From the NCBI GenBank assembly GCA_963760365.1, contig CAVXDC010000008.1:83054-147053 (forward strand): a stretch of DNA of 64,000 nt, in the 5' to 3' direction. Of this stretch, positions 8,639 through 23,241 are shown piece after piece. The notes beneath the pieces are model-generated. The model was not told the origin of the DNA. It made no database searches and was given only the letters and a program-made list of their open reading frames with translations. The stretch is from an uncultured Phycisphaerae bacterium (GTDB lineage Bacteria; Planctomycetota; Phycisphaerae; SM23-33). The stretch's first letter is position 1. Every line of letters starts with the position of its first letter. Both the position numbers and the translations under genes were made by a program.

Positions 8639-9768
8639 TGTCCTTGGCCCTTGGGGCTGGGAGCGGTGGTGGCGGGGAACCGTTCCAGGTCGATGATCTC
8701 CGTCTCTTCAGCCCGTTCCGGCTGGGTGGTGGCGGCCGGGGCCGTGGCGGGGGGCGTCTGCTTCGGCGGCGCAGGAGCGGCGGAGGTCGGAGCGGGGACT
8801 TCCTCCTGGCGCGGGGGCAGCTTGGGGGCCAGGCGCTCCAGAGCGGACCGGGCCTGCTCGGCCGCGTCGGTCTGCGGGTAGGTGCCGATCACCAGCCGGT
8901 AGGAGAACGCCGCCGCCTGCGGCTTGCCGACGCGTTCGTAGAATCGACCCTCTTCCAGGAGCTTATCCGCCCGCGTGGCGCGGATCTGTTCCAGCCGGGC
9001 ATCCACGCCGGCCTCGGCGGCCGAGACGGGGAATTGCTGGACGAGCTGGCGGTACCTCTGCTCGGCCTCGATCAGCGGCGTGTCGTCGTGCGCGACGCCC
9101 GCGAACGACCGGAGCGTCGCCTCGGCGGCCTTGAGCATCGCCTCGCCGGCCTTGCCGCCCTTGGGGAAGGCGGCCAGATAGCGGTCAAAGGCGTCGGTCG
9201 AGTCGAGCCACTCGTCGCGAGCGAAGCGGTCGTGGGCGATCCGCATCAGCGCCCGCTCGGCCTGGGGTGAATGGGGGGCGTGCTCGGCGATCCGCGAGAG
9301 GATCTCCAGCCCCTCGTCGCGGGCCGGCAGGCGCAAGAAGCCCAGCACGATCCGCTTCTTGCCGACCAGGAACGCCTCAGCCACGTCAAACTCGCGCTCC
9401 TGGGCCTGGGCGGCATAGCGCCCGTCGGGAAACTCCTCCAGAAGCTTCTGGAACCACTCGTAACCCTGGTACCACCGGCCACGCTTGAGCTCGGCCTGGC
9501 CGGCCAGCATCATCACTTCCTCGCGTCCGGCCGGGTCGTTGTAGAGCTTCAGGTATCGCTGGGCGGCCACGACGGCCGAGCGGTACCGCCCGCGATCCAC
9601 GTGCTGGCGGACCAGCGCCAGCTCCCCCTCGGCCGTGCCCTTGGCGGGGGCTGCAAGCTTGATCCACTGGCCTTGCTTGAACTCGTATTCCTGCTGGGCC
9701 ATCGCGGGAACGGCCAGCAGCACCAACCCAGCCGCAACGACCGGCAACCAACGGTGACATGTGGTCAT
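8635..9768 (-). CDS. BamD/YfiO-like TPR-repeat outer-membrane assembly protein
   Basis: Signal peptide (WLPVVAAGLVLLAVPAMAQQ) followed by TPR-like helical repeats and a Pro/Ala-rich tail. Start taken at ATG 9768 inside ORF 8635..9858. Confidence 0.5.
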   Translation of the reverse strand: MTTCHRWLPVVAAGLVLLAVPAMAQQEYEFKQGQWIKLAAPAKGTAEGELALVRQHVDRGRYRSAVVAAQRYLKLYNDPAGREEVMMLAGQAELKRGRWYQGYEWFQKLLEEFPDGRYAAQAQEREFDVAEAFLVGKKRIVLGFLRLPARDEGLEILSRIAEHAPHSPQAERALMRIAHDRFARDEWLDSTDAFDRYLAAFPKGGKAGEAMLKAAEATLRSFAGVAHDDTPLIEAEQRYRQLVQQFPVSAAEAGVDARLEQIRATRADKLLEEGRFYERVGKPQAAAFSYRLVIGTYPQTDAAEQARSALERLAPKLPPRQEEVPAPTSAAPAPPKQTPPATAPAATTQPERAEETEIIDLERFPATTAPSPKGQGQ

Positions 9769-9872
9769 GTGATGGGCGTCCCAATCCGGGGCCAAAGGCT
9801 GGGCGTCATTATACGGCCGCGGCGGACCAGAACAAGTCCGCCCACGACAATCCCCCAACGCACCGCTGACCC

Positions 9873-11246
9873 CTATTTAGCTGCCTGTCGCACAAACAGA
9901 CCGAAGTCCTTCCCGGCGCCTGCACAGGACCGCCGTCGTCGGCCTTGTCGTCGCCGAGGCTATAGACCAAAAAGCCCTCCCCCTGGACCTTGTAGATTAA
10001 ATCTTTGCCCGTGAACGAATCGGTCGGGAGATCTGTACCCACGAACTCCCGAAGCTGCGTCAACGATTCCGGCAGCTTTCCTTTGGCTAGGCGGTACCGC
10101 TCGATCATCACCGCGACCCGCGCGGACCGGGTGCCCCCCAGGGCTCTGCCGACCAGGACGAAGGCCGCGTGGAAGGTTGGCCCCTCGATCTCGCTGAACA
10201 GGCCGAAGACACCATAACGACTGCGCACGACGGCCTGCATGGCCTTCAGAGCCCCAGGCCAATCCAGTCGGGAGGCCTCGGCATACCGGGCACAGGTTCG
10301 CAGCGCGTTCGACTACCATGAGGCGGAGCATCGGGCTGGCGAGAAGGTTGGGCTGTGCTGCCTCCGGGAGTCGCGTCCCCTCTTGCGGGATCAGCTCTCG
10401 CGGCGGACGAATCAGATTCCGGAACAGCTCGAGATCGTAGACTTGCTCGGCCACCCATACCTGGTCCAGACCTTTAGCGGGGTCCGCCTCGGTGAGGGCC
10501 GAGTCGAGCGCCGCGAGCTGATCGTCCGACAAGCGGCCGGCCTCCAGGACCGTGGCTACCGCCTCCACGTCCAGAGCCAGGCAGGCAATCTTGACGAGGT
10601 AACTGATCAGCACCGGCTGACGGTCAAACATCCGTAGCGTTCGCAGTGACGACACCAGCGAATCAGCGGCCTGGCCGGGTTTCCCCTGCCGAGCGAGCCA
10701 CATCGTCCTCAGGTACAGCAGCCTGCATAACGACCGCGCGGAGGACAACTGCGGCAGCACGGCGCCAACCCCATTGGCCAGCCCGAAGTCATACGCGCAC
10801 TGAGGCAGCGCCGACCCGCGGTCCGCCATCTCCAAGGCCAGTGCATTCTCCGCGAGTACCTGCTCAAACTCGGCGGCTGACGGACCGCTGGCCACAAGCT
10901 GGGCGGTGTCGGCCTTGACCCACTCTATCAGCTCGTACAGCCGGTCGTCGGCGGATCGGCGGCGCAGGGCCAGGGCCGCCCTGTAAAAGGGTGCAGCGTC
11001 GTCGGCCTCGGAGACCTTCGGGAGGGACTTCTCCCACTCGGCGAAGGTCAGCGGCTGACCGGCCGCCCGCAGCTTGGCGATCTCGGCCTCCAAGGCCCTG
11101 GAGCTGACATAGCTGAAGATGCCCCAGGCGACCGCCAGAAGCACAATCAGCGCCACGGCTGCGCGGATCGTCCACTTCAGGATCCGCCGCCACAGGGGCT
11201 TGCGGGGCTTGGGGGCTTCGCTGGATTCGGTGAGTTCGGCGTTCAC
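9873..11246 (-). pseudogene. Membrane-anchored hypothetical protein, reading frame broken twice (about 10295 and about 9912-9914)
   Basis: The N-terminal 320 aa are in ORF 9960..11246 (GTG start preceded by AGGAG). Continuation (CARYAEASRLDWPGALKAMQAVV...ERYRLAKGKLPESL...LPTDSFTGKDLIYKVQGEGFLVYSLGDDKADDGG) is in ORF 9809..10240. A third frame gives a short plausible tail (GKDFGLFVRQAAK, stop 9873-9875). Confidence 0.6.
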
Positions 11247-11259
11247 GGGGAGCTCCTAT

Positions 11260-11682
11260 CTATCGCGACGGAATGTGGCCGTCGTCACCCGGGACTGCGG
11301 TGACCTGCGGCTGCAAGGGCCCCGCCCGCAGAACCATCGCTAGGTAGCGGCGACCTGCCCCCTGGCCGTCCAGAAGCTCGGCGGCTTCCTCGGCCTGCGG
11401 TGTCCAGACGACCGGCCCGGCGCCGACCCGCGCGGCGATCCGCTGGGAGATCCGCTCGGCCGAGAGGTTCAACCCCACCGCCACCAAAAACCCCGCCGCC
11501 ACCGCCGCCCGCCACAACCACAAGGCCCATCGGCCCCGGTGGCGCTCCTGCCCGGCCAAAGAGGCAAGGCCCAACACCCGCTGCCGCAGCTCCGGCGGCG
11601 GTCCGACCGGGCGGAAGCGCCCCAGCAGGCGCTCCGCGGGCGTCGGGGAGTCAAGGTCCATCGGCTCGTCGCGTTCGTTCAT
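11260..11682 (-). CDS. Putative anti-sigma factor (single-pass membrane protein)
   Basis: 140-aa ORF with an ATGA overlap to the ECF sigma gene upstream. Central TM segment is WALWLWRAAVAAGFLVAVGL. Confidence 0.6.
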   Translation of the reverse strand: MNERDEPMDLDSPTPAERLLGRFRPVGPPPELRQRVLGLASLAGQERHRGRWALWLWRAAVAAGFLVAVGLNLSAERISQRIAARVGAGPVVWTPQAEEAAELLDGQGAGRRYLAMVLRAGPLQPQVTAVPGDDGHIPSR

Positions 11683-12299
11683 AGTTCGTCCCTCGCGCTT
11701 GGCCCCAGCAGCTCCCGCAGGTGGCCCAGGGCGTAGCGGTACCGGCTGGCGGCGGTGTTGGCCGGCACGCCGGTGGCGTCGGCAATCTGCTGAAAGGTCA
11801 TCTTCTCAAAAACCTTCATGTGGACGACCTCGCGCTGCTGGGGCGTCAGGGCCTTCAGCGCCCGCTCCATCTCGCCCCGCAACTCGTCGCACCGTTGCGG
11901 CGGGTCGGGGGCGGGAAGCGCCTCCAACCAGGCCCGTCCACCCGTCGCTTGCCGATGCCGCTGCCGGCGTTTCAACATACTGAAGCATTCGTTCCGCACG
12001 GCCTGGCGGAGATAGACCGCCGCGGACCGGACGTCTTCCAGCCGGCCCCGGCGGGCCAGTTTGACAAAGACCTGCTGCACGGCGTCTTCCGCCGCGGCGG
12101 GGTCGGCCAGCACCATCGCCGCATAGCCGAACATCCGGGCCGCGCAGGTGTCGTAGACCGTCGCCAGATATCGGCGAAAGTCCTCGCGCCGGGCGGAGGG
12201 GGTGCCTTTACCATTCCTCGCCGATCCGCTGTCCATACGTCCACCCACAAGACCCACCCAGCGGTGATTTTTGTCTAGGTTTTTTGAAGAATCCGCCAC
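11679..12299 (-). CDS. ECF-type RNA polymerase sigma-70 family factor
   Basis: Region 2 (AEDAVQQVFVKLARR...YLRQAVRNECFSMLKRRQR) and region 4 HTH (LTPQQREVVHMKVFEKMTFQQIADATGVPANTAASRYRYAL). GTG start at 12299. Alternative start is ATG 12236. Confidence 0.85.
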   Translation of the reverse strand: MADSSKNLDKNHRWVGLVGGRMDSGSARNGKGTPSARREDFRRYLATVYDTCAARMFGYAAMVLADPAAAEDAVQQVFVKLARRGRLEDVRSAAVYLRQAVRNECFSMLKRRQRHRQATGGRAWLEALPAPDPPQRCDELRGEMERALKALTPQQREVVHMKVFEKMTFQQIADATGVPANTAASRYRYALGHLRELLGPSARDEL

Positions 12300-12318
12300 C
12301 CCTACCCGCGATGGGCGG

Positions 12319-13068
12319 TCACTGGAGGACGTGGCGGGCCATCTTCAGGGGCCTGCCGAGCTGCTGGGTGGCATGATAGTCCAGCAGGTGGTTGACGGCG
12401 GCGGCCTGCTTGGCCGGCAGGATCACTTTTAGCCCCGCCTCCGCCGCGGCCAGGGCTGCCAGACCCGCCAAGGCAGCGCCCTCCAGGCGATACTTCTCCG
12501 CTGCGGTCGCTTCGCACCCGCCGCACAGCAACCCGCCTTGGAGCGAGGAGAAGTAAAGGTCCTTTCGGACCGCCCGGCCGACCAGTCCGCGCCCGCAAGA
12601 GACGCAGGACTTCATCTCCCCCAGCAGCCCCACGTGCCGCAACAGCCGCCACTGGAAGTACGCCAGCACCGCGCCCACCCGAACGCCGCGCCGCCCCAGG
12701 CGGTCCAAGGCGCCGTGAAGCAGGTCGAAGACCTGCGGGTGCGGGTCGGCCTCGGCCAGCAGCTCGCCCGTCAACTCGATCATGTACAGGGCGACGTTGA
12801 GGCGGCGGGCGTCCCGCCGCAAGGAGGCGTGGGAGGCGGTCTCGGAAAACTCCACCCACGTCCCCAACCCTTCGCGCGACGCGGGGATGTACACCAGCTC
12901 CCCCTCGGCCAAGAGGTCGATGGGCCCGCCGGTGCGGCTCTTGGCGCGCTTGGCCCCCTTGGCCAGCAGATGCACCTTCCCCATCCCGCGGGTCAGGACG
13001 TGTACGATCTGGCTGGTCTCGCTGTAGTCGCCGACCCACAGGCAGATGGCCACGTCTTTCTGCTGCAT
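12319..13068 (-). CDS. recO: DNA repair protein RecO
   Basis: 249-aa intact ORF with an N-terminal OB-fold pattern and a C4 zinc motif (CVSCG...CGGC). Confidence 0.85.
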   Translation of the reverse strand: MQQKDVAICLWVGDYSETSQIVHVLTRGMGKVHLLAKGAKRAKSRTGGPIDLLAEGELVYIPASREGLGTWVEFSETASHASLRRDARRLNVALYMIELTGELLAEADPHPQVFDLLHGALDRLGRRGVRVGAVLAYFQWRLLRHVGLLGEMKSCVSCGRGLVGRAVRKDLYFSSLQGGLLCGGCEATAAEKYRLEGAALAGLAALAAAEAGLKVILPAKQAAAVNHLLDYHATQQLGRPLKMARHVLQ

Positions 13069-13130
13069 AACCCAAGGCTAACGAGTTCGCTTCAGCGTGG
13101 CAACGGCGGGGAAAAGGGAAAGGAAACGAG

Positions 13131-13198
13131 AAAAAAATAGGGCGAGGGACAAAACAGCGCCGCACCGTCGCCCGGACAGTGCGGCCTGTCCCTCGCTC
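13131..13198 (-). terminator. Strong rho-independent terminator (minus strand)
   Basis: On the minus strand, a 12-bp outer stem (13140-13151 with 13187-13198) and a 7-bp inner stem (gccgcac/gtgcggc) are followed by the TATTTTTTT run (complement of 13131-13139). Confidence 0.7.
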
Positions 13199-13582
13199 AT
13201 TTTGCAGCCCGCGGCGGCCCGACCGCTTGTCCCAGGCCGGGCTCGCGACTCCGCTGCACGTCTGACTCCGCGGCACCCTTTCGGGTACATCCTTGCCGGA
13301 GGCCTCCCGGCGGAGGAGCTCACAGGCCTGGGCGGTCAAGCCGCCGACGTAGGCTGCCTCACTCCTATCAATAAACTCTAGGAGCGTCTGTCTCACTTCA
13401 TCAAGGGGGTCTTGGACGCCCAGCCCACAATATATTGGCGATGCGCGAGATAGCCTTGCAGATTTTTTTCGACTTTCGCAGGGGTTAAACGTCGTGCGCA
13501 ACAGCACTTTTGCCTCTGGGGTTGCGGGGGATTACTCGACGATGGACCCTTCGATAACTTCTTTACTTTGCAGAGGTTACCT

Positions 13583-16201
13583 TCACTCTTTCGTCTCGCC
13601 AAAGCCCTTCGCCGCCCCCGAGGAGCGGAAGGTGAATGTCTTGCCTTCGGCGTCGATGACGACGTGTTCGCCCTCGCGAATCTGGCCCCGCAGCAACCTG
13701 CCGGCCAGGGCGTTCTCGATCTTCTGCTGGATCAGCCGCTTCAGCGGACGGGCGCCGAAACTGGGATCGTAACCCAGCTCGCCCAGCAAACTCTTGGCGC
13801 GGTCGGTCAACTCGATGGAGATTCTCCGCTCCAGGAGCCGCTGGGACAGATGGCGCATCTGGATGTCCACGATCGCAGCCAGGTCCTTTTGGGTCAGGGA
13901 GTGAAAGATGACGGTCTCGTCGATGCGGTTGAGGAACTCCGGGCGGAAGTGTTTTCGCAGCGCCTCGGTGAGCCGGGCCTCGATCTCCCACGGTTCGGCG
14001 TTTTTTTCCGCCATGGCCTGGACCTGCGGGGAGGCGATGTTGCTGGTCATGGCGATGAGGGTGTTTTTGAAGTCCACGGTCCGGCCCTGGCCGTCGGTCA
14101 GCCGCCCGTCGTCCAGCACCTGGAGCAGGACGTTGAACACGTCGCGGTGGGCCTTTTCGATCTCGTCGAACAGGATCACGCAATACGGCCGGCGGCGCAC
14201 GGCCTCGGTGAGCCGCCCGCCCTCCTCGTAGCCCACGTAGCCCGGCGGGGCGCCGATGAGCCGCGCGACGGCGTGCAGCTCCATGAACTCGCTCATGTCG
14301 ACGCGGACCAGAGCATCCTCGGTGTCGAACAGCAGCTCCGCCAGCGCCTTGCACAGCTCGGTCTTGCCCACGCCCGTGGGGCCCAGGAACAGGAAGCTGC
14401 CGATGGGCCGCCGCGGGTCGCTCAAGCCGGCCCGGCTGCGCCGCACCGCGTCGCTCACCACGCGCAGGGCCTCGTCCTGGCCCACCACGCGCTGGCGCAG
14501 GCGGTCCTCCATGCCCAGCAGCTTGCCGCGCTCGGACTCCATCAACCGGGCCACCGGGATGTGCGTCCACTTGGCCACCACCTCGGCGATGTGCTCGGCG
14601 GTGACTTCCTCGCTGACCATGCCGCCGGCGGCCGTCAGACGCTTCAGCTCCTCCTCCTGACGCGACAGCTCCGCTGCCAGGTCGCGCAACTGGCCGTACT
14701 GGAGCCTCGCGGCCGTCTCCAGGTCGCCTGCGCGCCGCGCCTGGTCCAGTTGGGTGGTCAGCGACTCACTCTGCTCTTTGAGCGCGCGGATGCGCTTCAG
14801 CACCGCCTGCTCGTTGCCCCAGCGGACGTGCAGCTCGTCGAATCGCCCCTGCTGGGCGGCGATCTGGCCCTCCAGCGCCGCCAGGCGCTCCTGGGAGGCC
14901 TGGTCGCTCTCCTTGCGCAGGGCCTCGCGCTCGATCTGGAGCTGCATAAGGCGTCGCTTCAGCTCGTCCAGCTCCGCCGGCATGGAGTCGTTCTCGATCC
15001 GCAGGCGGCTGGCGGCCTCGTCCACCAGGTCAATGGCCTTGTCGGGCAGATACCGGTCGGTGATGTACCGCCGGCCCATCACCGCGGCGGCCACCAGCGC
15101 CGCGTCCTGAATCCGCACGCCGTGGTGCGCGTCGTAGCGGGGCTTCAGGCCCCGGAGGATGGCGATGGTCTCCTCCACGCTGGGCTCGGTGACCATCAGC
15201 GGTTGGAACCGCCGCTCCAGGGCGGCGTCCTTCTCCACGTGCTTGCGGTACTCATCCAGGGTCGTCGCGCCGATGCATCGCAGCTCGCCGCGTGCCAGGG
15301 CCGGCTTGATGAGGTTACCGGCCGAGATCGCCCCCTCGGCGGCCCCGGCGCCCACGACCGTGTGCAGCTCGTCGATGAACAGGATGAACCGGCCGTCGCT
15401 GCCGGTCACTTCCTTCAGCACGGCCTTGAGGCGGTCCTCGAACTCCCCGCGGTACTTCGAGCCGGCCAGCAGCGACCCCATGTCCAGCGCCACGACGGTC
15501 TTTCCCGCCAGACCCGCCGGCACGTCGCCGTTGACGATCCGCTGGGCCAGGCCCTCCACGATGGCCGTCTTGCCTACCCCCGGCAGGCCGATGAGCACCG
15601 GGTTGTTCTTGGTCCGCCGCGAGAGGATCTGCATGCAGCGGCGGATCTCCTCGTCCCGCCCGATCACCGGATCCAGCTTGCCCCGCCGGGCCATCTCGCA
15701 CAGGTCCCGCCCGTAGCGCTCCAAGGCCTGGTACTTGTCCTCGGGATTGGGGTCGGTGACCCGCTGGCTGCCGCGGATATCCTTCATGGCCGCGACCAGG
15801 CCGTCTTTGTCCACGCCAAGAGTGGACAGGACCTCCTTGGCCGGCGAGGGCTCCTCCGCCAAGGCGATCAGCAGGTGCTCGACGGAGACGTAGTCGTCCT
15901 TCAGGTCGCGGGCTTCCTGGTCGGCACGGTTCAGCACGCTATGGAGGGCGGGGTCCATCGACACACCGGCCTGGGCGCTCTGGCTGGGCAGGCGGGACAG
16001 CTCCGAATGGACTACCGAGGCCACGCGCGAAGCGGGAACGCCGACCCGCTCCAGCAACGAACCCGCCAGCCCCCCCTCCTGCCGTAGCAACGCATCCAAC
16101 AGGTGCAGCGGGCCGACGGAAGAATGGCCTAGCTGCGAGGCAATCGACTGGGCGGCGGCGATGGCCTCCTGAGATTTGACCGTCAATTTGTCCAGACGCA
16201 T
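13583..16201 (-). CDS. clpB: ATP-dependent chaperone ClpB
   Basis: Intact 872 aa from ATG 16201. It has the Clp_N domain, two AAA+ modules ([17 protein letters not shown]) and the long coiled-coil middle domain. Confidence 0.97.
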   Translation of the reverse strand: MRLDKLTVKSQEAIAAAQSIASQLGHSSVGPLHLLDALLRQEGGLAGSLLERVGVPASRVASVVHSELSRLPSQSAQAGVSMDPALHSVLNRADQEARDLKDDYVSVEHLLIALAEEPSPAKEVLSTLGVDKDGLVAAMKDIRGSQRVTDPNPEDKYQALERYGRDLCEMARRGKLDPVIGRDEEIRRCMQILSRRTKNNPVLIGLPGVGKTAIVEGLAQRIVNGDVPAGLAGKTVVALDMGSLLAGSKYRGEFEDRLKAVLKEVTGSDGRFILFIDELHTVVGAGAAEGAISAGNLIKPALARGELRCIGATTLDEYRKHVEKDAALERRFQPLMVTEPSVEETIAILRGLKPRYDAHHGVRIQDAALVAAAVMGRRYITDRYLPDKAIDLVDEAASRLRIENDSMPAELDELKRRLMQLQIEREALRKESDQASQERLAALEGQIAAQQGRFDELHVRWGNEQAVLKRIRALKEQSESLTTQLDQARRAGDLETAARLQYGQLRDLAAELSRQEEELKRLTAAGGMVSEEVTAEHIAEVVAKWTHIPVARLMESERGKLLGMEDRLRQRVVGQDEALRVVSDAVRRSRAGLSDPRRPIGSFLFLGPTGVGKTELCKALAELLFDTEDALVRVDMSEFMELHAVARLIGAPPGYVGYEEGGRLTEAVRRRPYCVILFDEIEKAHRDVFNVLLQVLDDGRLTDGQGRTVDFKNTLIAMTSNIASPQVQAMAEKNAEPWEIEARLTEALRKHFRPEFLNRIDETVIFHSLTQKDLAAIVDIQMRHLSQRLLERRISIELTDRAKSLLGELGYDPSFGARPLKRLIQQKIENALAGRLLRGQIREGEHVVIDAEGKTFTFRSSGAAKGFGETKE

Positions 16202-16417
16202 CGGCTCACCTCGCGCCGACAGGTTTTTTGACATACGAATGACACACGGATCATATAGCGCCGGCGGCGCCTAGAAAATGAGCAAAAGGCGTGCCTGGGA
16301 CCTAATCGATTGAAATAAAAAGAGTTATCTAAATAGAGGCCGCCAATTATCCCCTGGAGATAGCCTGGGGTTGCCATTCCGGCAGTCCCAATTCATCCTG
16401 AACAATCAAGGGGCGGC

Positions 16418-16446
16418 TTGACCCATCCCCGTTTCTGCTGTACGAT
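16418..16446 (+). promoter_or_regulatory. Sigma70-type promoter candidate for the PEP-CTERM protease gene
   Basis: TTGACC (16418-16423), 17-nt spacer, TACGAT (16441-16446). Confidence 0.5.
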
Positions 16447-16464
16447 GACAATAGAAGAAGGAAG

Positions 16465-17799
16465 ATGCCTTTAGGCGGATGGGTGGGGGGCAGTCTTTGT
16501 CCGCCCCAAGGCATGAGGACGCGGAGGGTAGTGAGGTTCTTTGTGAGGGTTCGGACGGCCAGGATCACAAGCGCGCTGGCGGGGGCGATCTTGTGCCTGC
16601 ATCTGGCGGCAGGGTTGGCCTGGGGCATTGTCGTCAGCGACGATCCCAACCTCCACCTCGTTACTCCGCCATCCGCCTACGACCGGGTTGCCTTTCTCAG
16701 CACCGGTGACGGCAGCAGCGCGGTCCTGATCAACCCCTGGTACATCCTGACCGCCAACCACACAGGCTTTGTCAACGGCACGGCCTCGTTTTACCTGTCG
16801 GGCGGAACCCAGACGTATACCATGATGGAGAAATTCTCTTGTCCCAACGCGGACCTCGCGGTGCTCCGCCTGAACCGCAGCACGGGTCTGACGGGGTATT
16901 CGTTCTACGATCCAAACGTCTACGGCAGTGAGATCGGCCAGGGGGGCACCCTGCTGGGCTACGGGATGAGCGGCACGCCCGCGACGGTCCAGGCCGGGGG
17001 TGATCCCAACTACCCGCGCGGCACGCTGCGAATCGGCTATAACAAGATCGACGCCATCGACCCCAATTACTCGAATCACGGCCAATGCCTCCAGATGGAC
17101 TTTGACTCCCCCTCCACGCACGGTCCCAACGGCAGCCTGGGGGCCGACAAGGAGGCCATGGTGGCGCTGGGGGACAGCGGCGGGGCGGTCTTCATCAACG
17201 CCGGCGGATCCCTTCGCCTGGCCGGCATTCACGTGGCCGTGGCGCCTTATGACCTCAACCATTGGCCCAAGTACGGCGACTTCAGCTACCACGTCCGCAC
17301 GGCCGCCTACACCCCTTGGATCGGCAGCAAGGTCCAGACGATCCCCGGGCCGCAGTCCGGCGACTTCAACAACGACACGCTGGTCACCTACAGAGACATC
17401 GACGACCTGTCCAGCCACTACGGCAGCATCGACATGTGGTTCGACGTCACCGGTGACAGCCTCATCAGCCGGGCCGACAGCGACTATCTCATCCACACGA
17501 TCATCGGCACCGAGTACGGCGACATCGACCTCGACCACATGGTGGACCTGACCGATTACGGCATCCTGGCGTACTACTTCGGCAGCACCGGCTCGGCCAG
17601 TTGGAGCATGGGCGACTTCAATGGGGACAAGAACGTGAACTTCGCCGATTACCAGATCCTCGAGGCCAGCTTCGGGTTCGGCACCGGCGGCGGCCTTGCC
17701 TGCCCGCCGGTTCCTGTCCCCGAACCGGCCACGATTGGGCTGCTTGCCTGTGGGGCTGGGTGGCTGATGGCCCGTCGCTCGTCCCGCCGTGAGGCTTGA
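16465..17799 (+). CDS. Secreted trypsin-like (S1) serine protease with dockerin/EF-hand-like repeats and a C-terminal PEP-CTERM anchor
   Basis: Motifs LTANHTG and GDSGGAVF. Three D-x-N/D-x-D repeats (GDFNNDTLV, GDIDLDHMV, GDFNGDKNV). C-terminus is VPEPATIGLLACGAGWLMARRSSRR. Alternative start is ATG 16513. Confidence 0.75.
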   Translation: MPLGGWVGGSLCPPQGMRTRRVVRFFVRVRTARITSALAGAILCLHLAAGLAWGIVVSDDPNLHLVTPPSAYDRVAFLSTGDGSSAVLINPWYILTANHTGFVNGTASFYLSGGTQTYTMMEKFSCPNADLAVLRLNRSTGLTGYSFYDPNVYGSEIGQGGTLLGYGMSGTPATVQAGGDPNYPRGTLRIGYNKIDAIDPNYSNHGQCLQMDFDSPSTHGPNGSLGADKEAMVALGDSGGAVFINAGGSLRLAGIHVAVAPYDLNHWPKYGDFSYHVRTAAYTPWIGSKVQTIPGPQSGDFNNDTLVTYRDIDDLSSHYGSIDMWFDVTGDSLISRADSDYLIHTIIGTEYGDIDLDHMVDLTDYGILAYYFGSTGSASWSMGDFNGDKNVNFADYQILEASFGFGTGGGLACPPVPVPEPATIGLLACGAGWLMARRSSRREA

Positions 17800-17843
17800 G
17801 CCAAGCCGGCACGACCCCCGGTTCCTCTCCACTCCTGGACTGT

Positions 17844-18359
17844 TCAACCGCCCCGCGGCCGACGCTTCTTGGGGCGACCCGCGCGGTGCAGGGATCGCAG
17901 GACTTGCGGCGGCACCAAGGCTGAGATATTCCCTCCCCTCTGCGCGATCTGCTTGATGAGGCTGGAGGAGGTGAAGGCGAACTCCGGGCGGGTCATGATG
18001 AAGACCGTCTCCACGCCCGCCACCACGCGGTTGGTCAACGCCACTTGGAACTCAAACTGGAGGTCAGCGGTGTTGCGGATGCCCCGCAGGATCGCGGCGG
18101 CGCCGAGCCGGCGGGCGAAGTCCACCGTCAGCCCCTCAAACGGTTCCACGCGGACATGGTCCATGCCGGCGACGACCTGGCGGATGGTCCGCACGCGCTG
18201 GGCCCGCGGCAGCAGCGAGGCTTTTTCGGGATTCTCGCCCACCGCCACCACCAGTTCGTCGAACAGCTTCGCCCCACGGCGGATGACGTCCAGGTGCCCG
18301 TACGTCATCGGGTCGAAGGTCCCGGGAAAAATCGCCAGTCGCTTTTTACGGTTGCTCAT
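17844..18359 (-). CDS. coaD: Phosphopantetheine adenylyltransferase
   Basis: AIFPGTFDPMTYGHLDVIRRG and later conserved blocks. Start taken at ATG 18359 inside ORF 17844..18395. Confidence 0.9.
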   Translation of the reverse strand: MSNRKKRLAIFPGTFDPMTYGHLDVIRRGAKLFDELVVAVGENPEKASLLPRAQRVRTIRQVVAGMDHVRVEPFEGLTVDFARRLGAAAILRGIRNTADLQFEFQVALTNRVVAGVETVFIMTRPEFAFTSSSLIKQIAQRGGNISALVPPQVLRSLHRAGRPKKRRPRGG

Positions 18360-18470
18360 GGTCGCCGTCCCCATCCTCTCTGGGCTGATGTCCATGGATT
18401 CATTCCACGCAGCTGTCGGCGGGATTGTACGCGCCGGTCGAGCCCGGTAGAAAGTCCAATTCCCCTTCCC

Positions 18471-18800
18471 CTAGGGTGACGGCCGAGACGGGCCTTCCCA
18501 TTCCCCCTCGTCGGAGTCCTTGGCGGGCTGATCGTCCTCGTCGGGAACCTTCCACTTCTCCGCCTCGTTGATGTCGTCCAGCTCGCGCTCCATCACCTTG
18601 AACATCTTTTCCTGCATGGGGGCGAGCTTGCGGTAATACTCCAGCGTGGCCTGGTAGCTGGCGACCATCTGGTTGATCTTGATGAGCTGCCATTTGACCA
18701 GGCACTGCTCTTCCTTGATGTTGCAGAAGGGGTCGCAGGCGAAGGTGACCTCGCCGCTGGCGGCCCGTTGGAAGAACTCGCAATCTTTGCATTGGATCAT
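18471..18800 (-). CDS. Hypothetical small Cys-rich protein with acidic tail
   Basis: 109-aa ORF (CKDCEFF...CDPFC...C). No family recognised. Confidence 0.45.
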   Translation of the reverse strand: MIQCKDCEFFQRAASGEVTFACDPFCNIKEEQCLVKWQLIKINQMVASYQATLEYYRKLAPMQEKMFKVMERELDDINEAEKWKVPDEDDQPAKDSDEGEWEGPSRPSP

Positions 18801-18919
18801 CGGCCCGGCTCCTTTGTCCGTGGAGTCCTTGCCACGCTTGATGACTCCATCTTAACTCCTCCCGCGGGAAAATCCAACGGCCAGGGCGCCTCCCAGCCGG
18901 AGGCGGCGGGGAAATGGCA

Positions 18920-23193
<4,274 letters not shown>

Positions 23194-23241
23194 TATTTCT
23201 CCCCTCCCTCATTTGGGTTTGCCCCGCTGCTGATGGAAGCC

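Noticed and set aside
12302-13507. 401-aa ORF spanning recO and the spacer, and similar long out-of-frame ORFs on the same strand as real genes (for example 53543..55090 and 59701..60912 read as single proteins).
   Set aside because: Only parts of these ORFs carry meaningful sequence, where they hold a frameshifted segment of a real gene. The remainder is low-complexity Arg/Gly/Pro read-through typical of high-GC off-frames.
13070-13582. tmRNA, RNase P RNA, SRP RNA or 6S RNA in the unassigned clpB-recO spacer.
   Set aside because: I could not find the hallmark elements by eye on either strand. These would be a tRNA-like GGTTCGAATCC T-arm with a CCA-proximal acceptor, the GAGGAAAGTCC CR-I box, or the SRP GGAA/AGCA domain IV motifs. 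The region is kept only as an unassigned finding.
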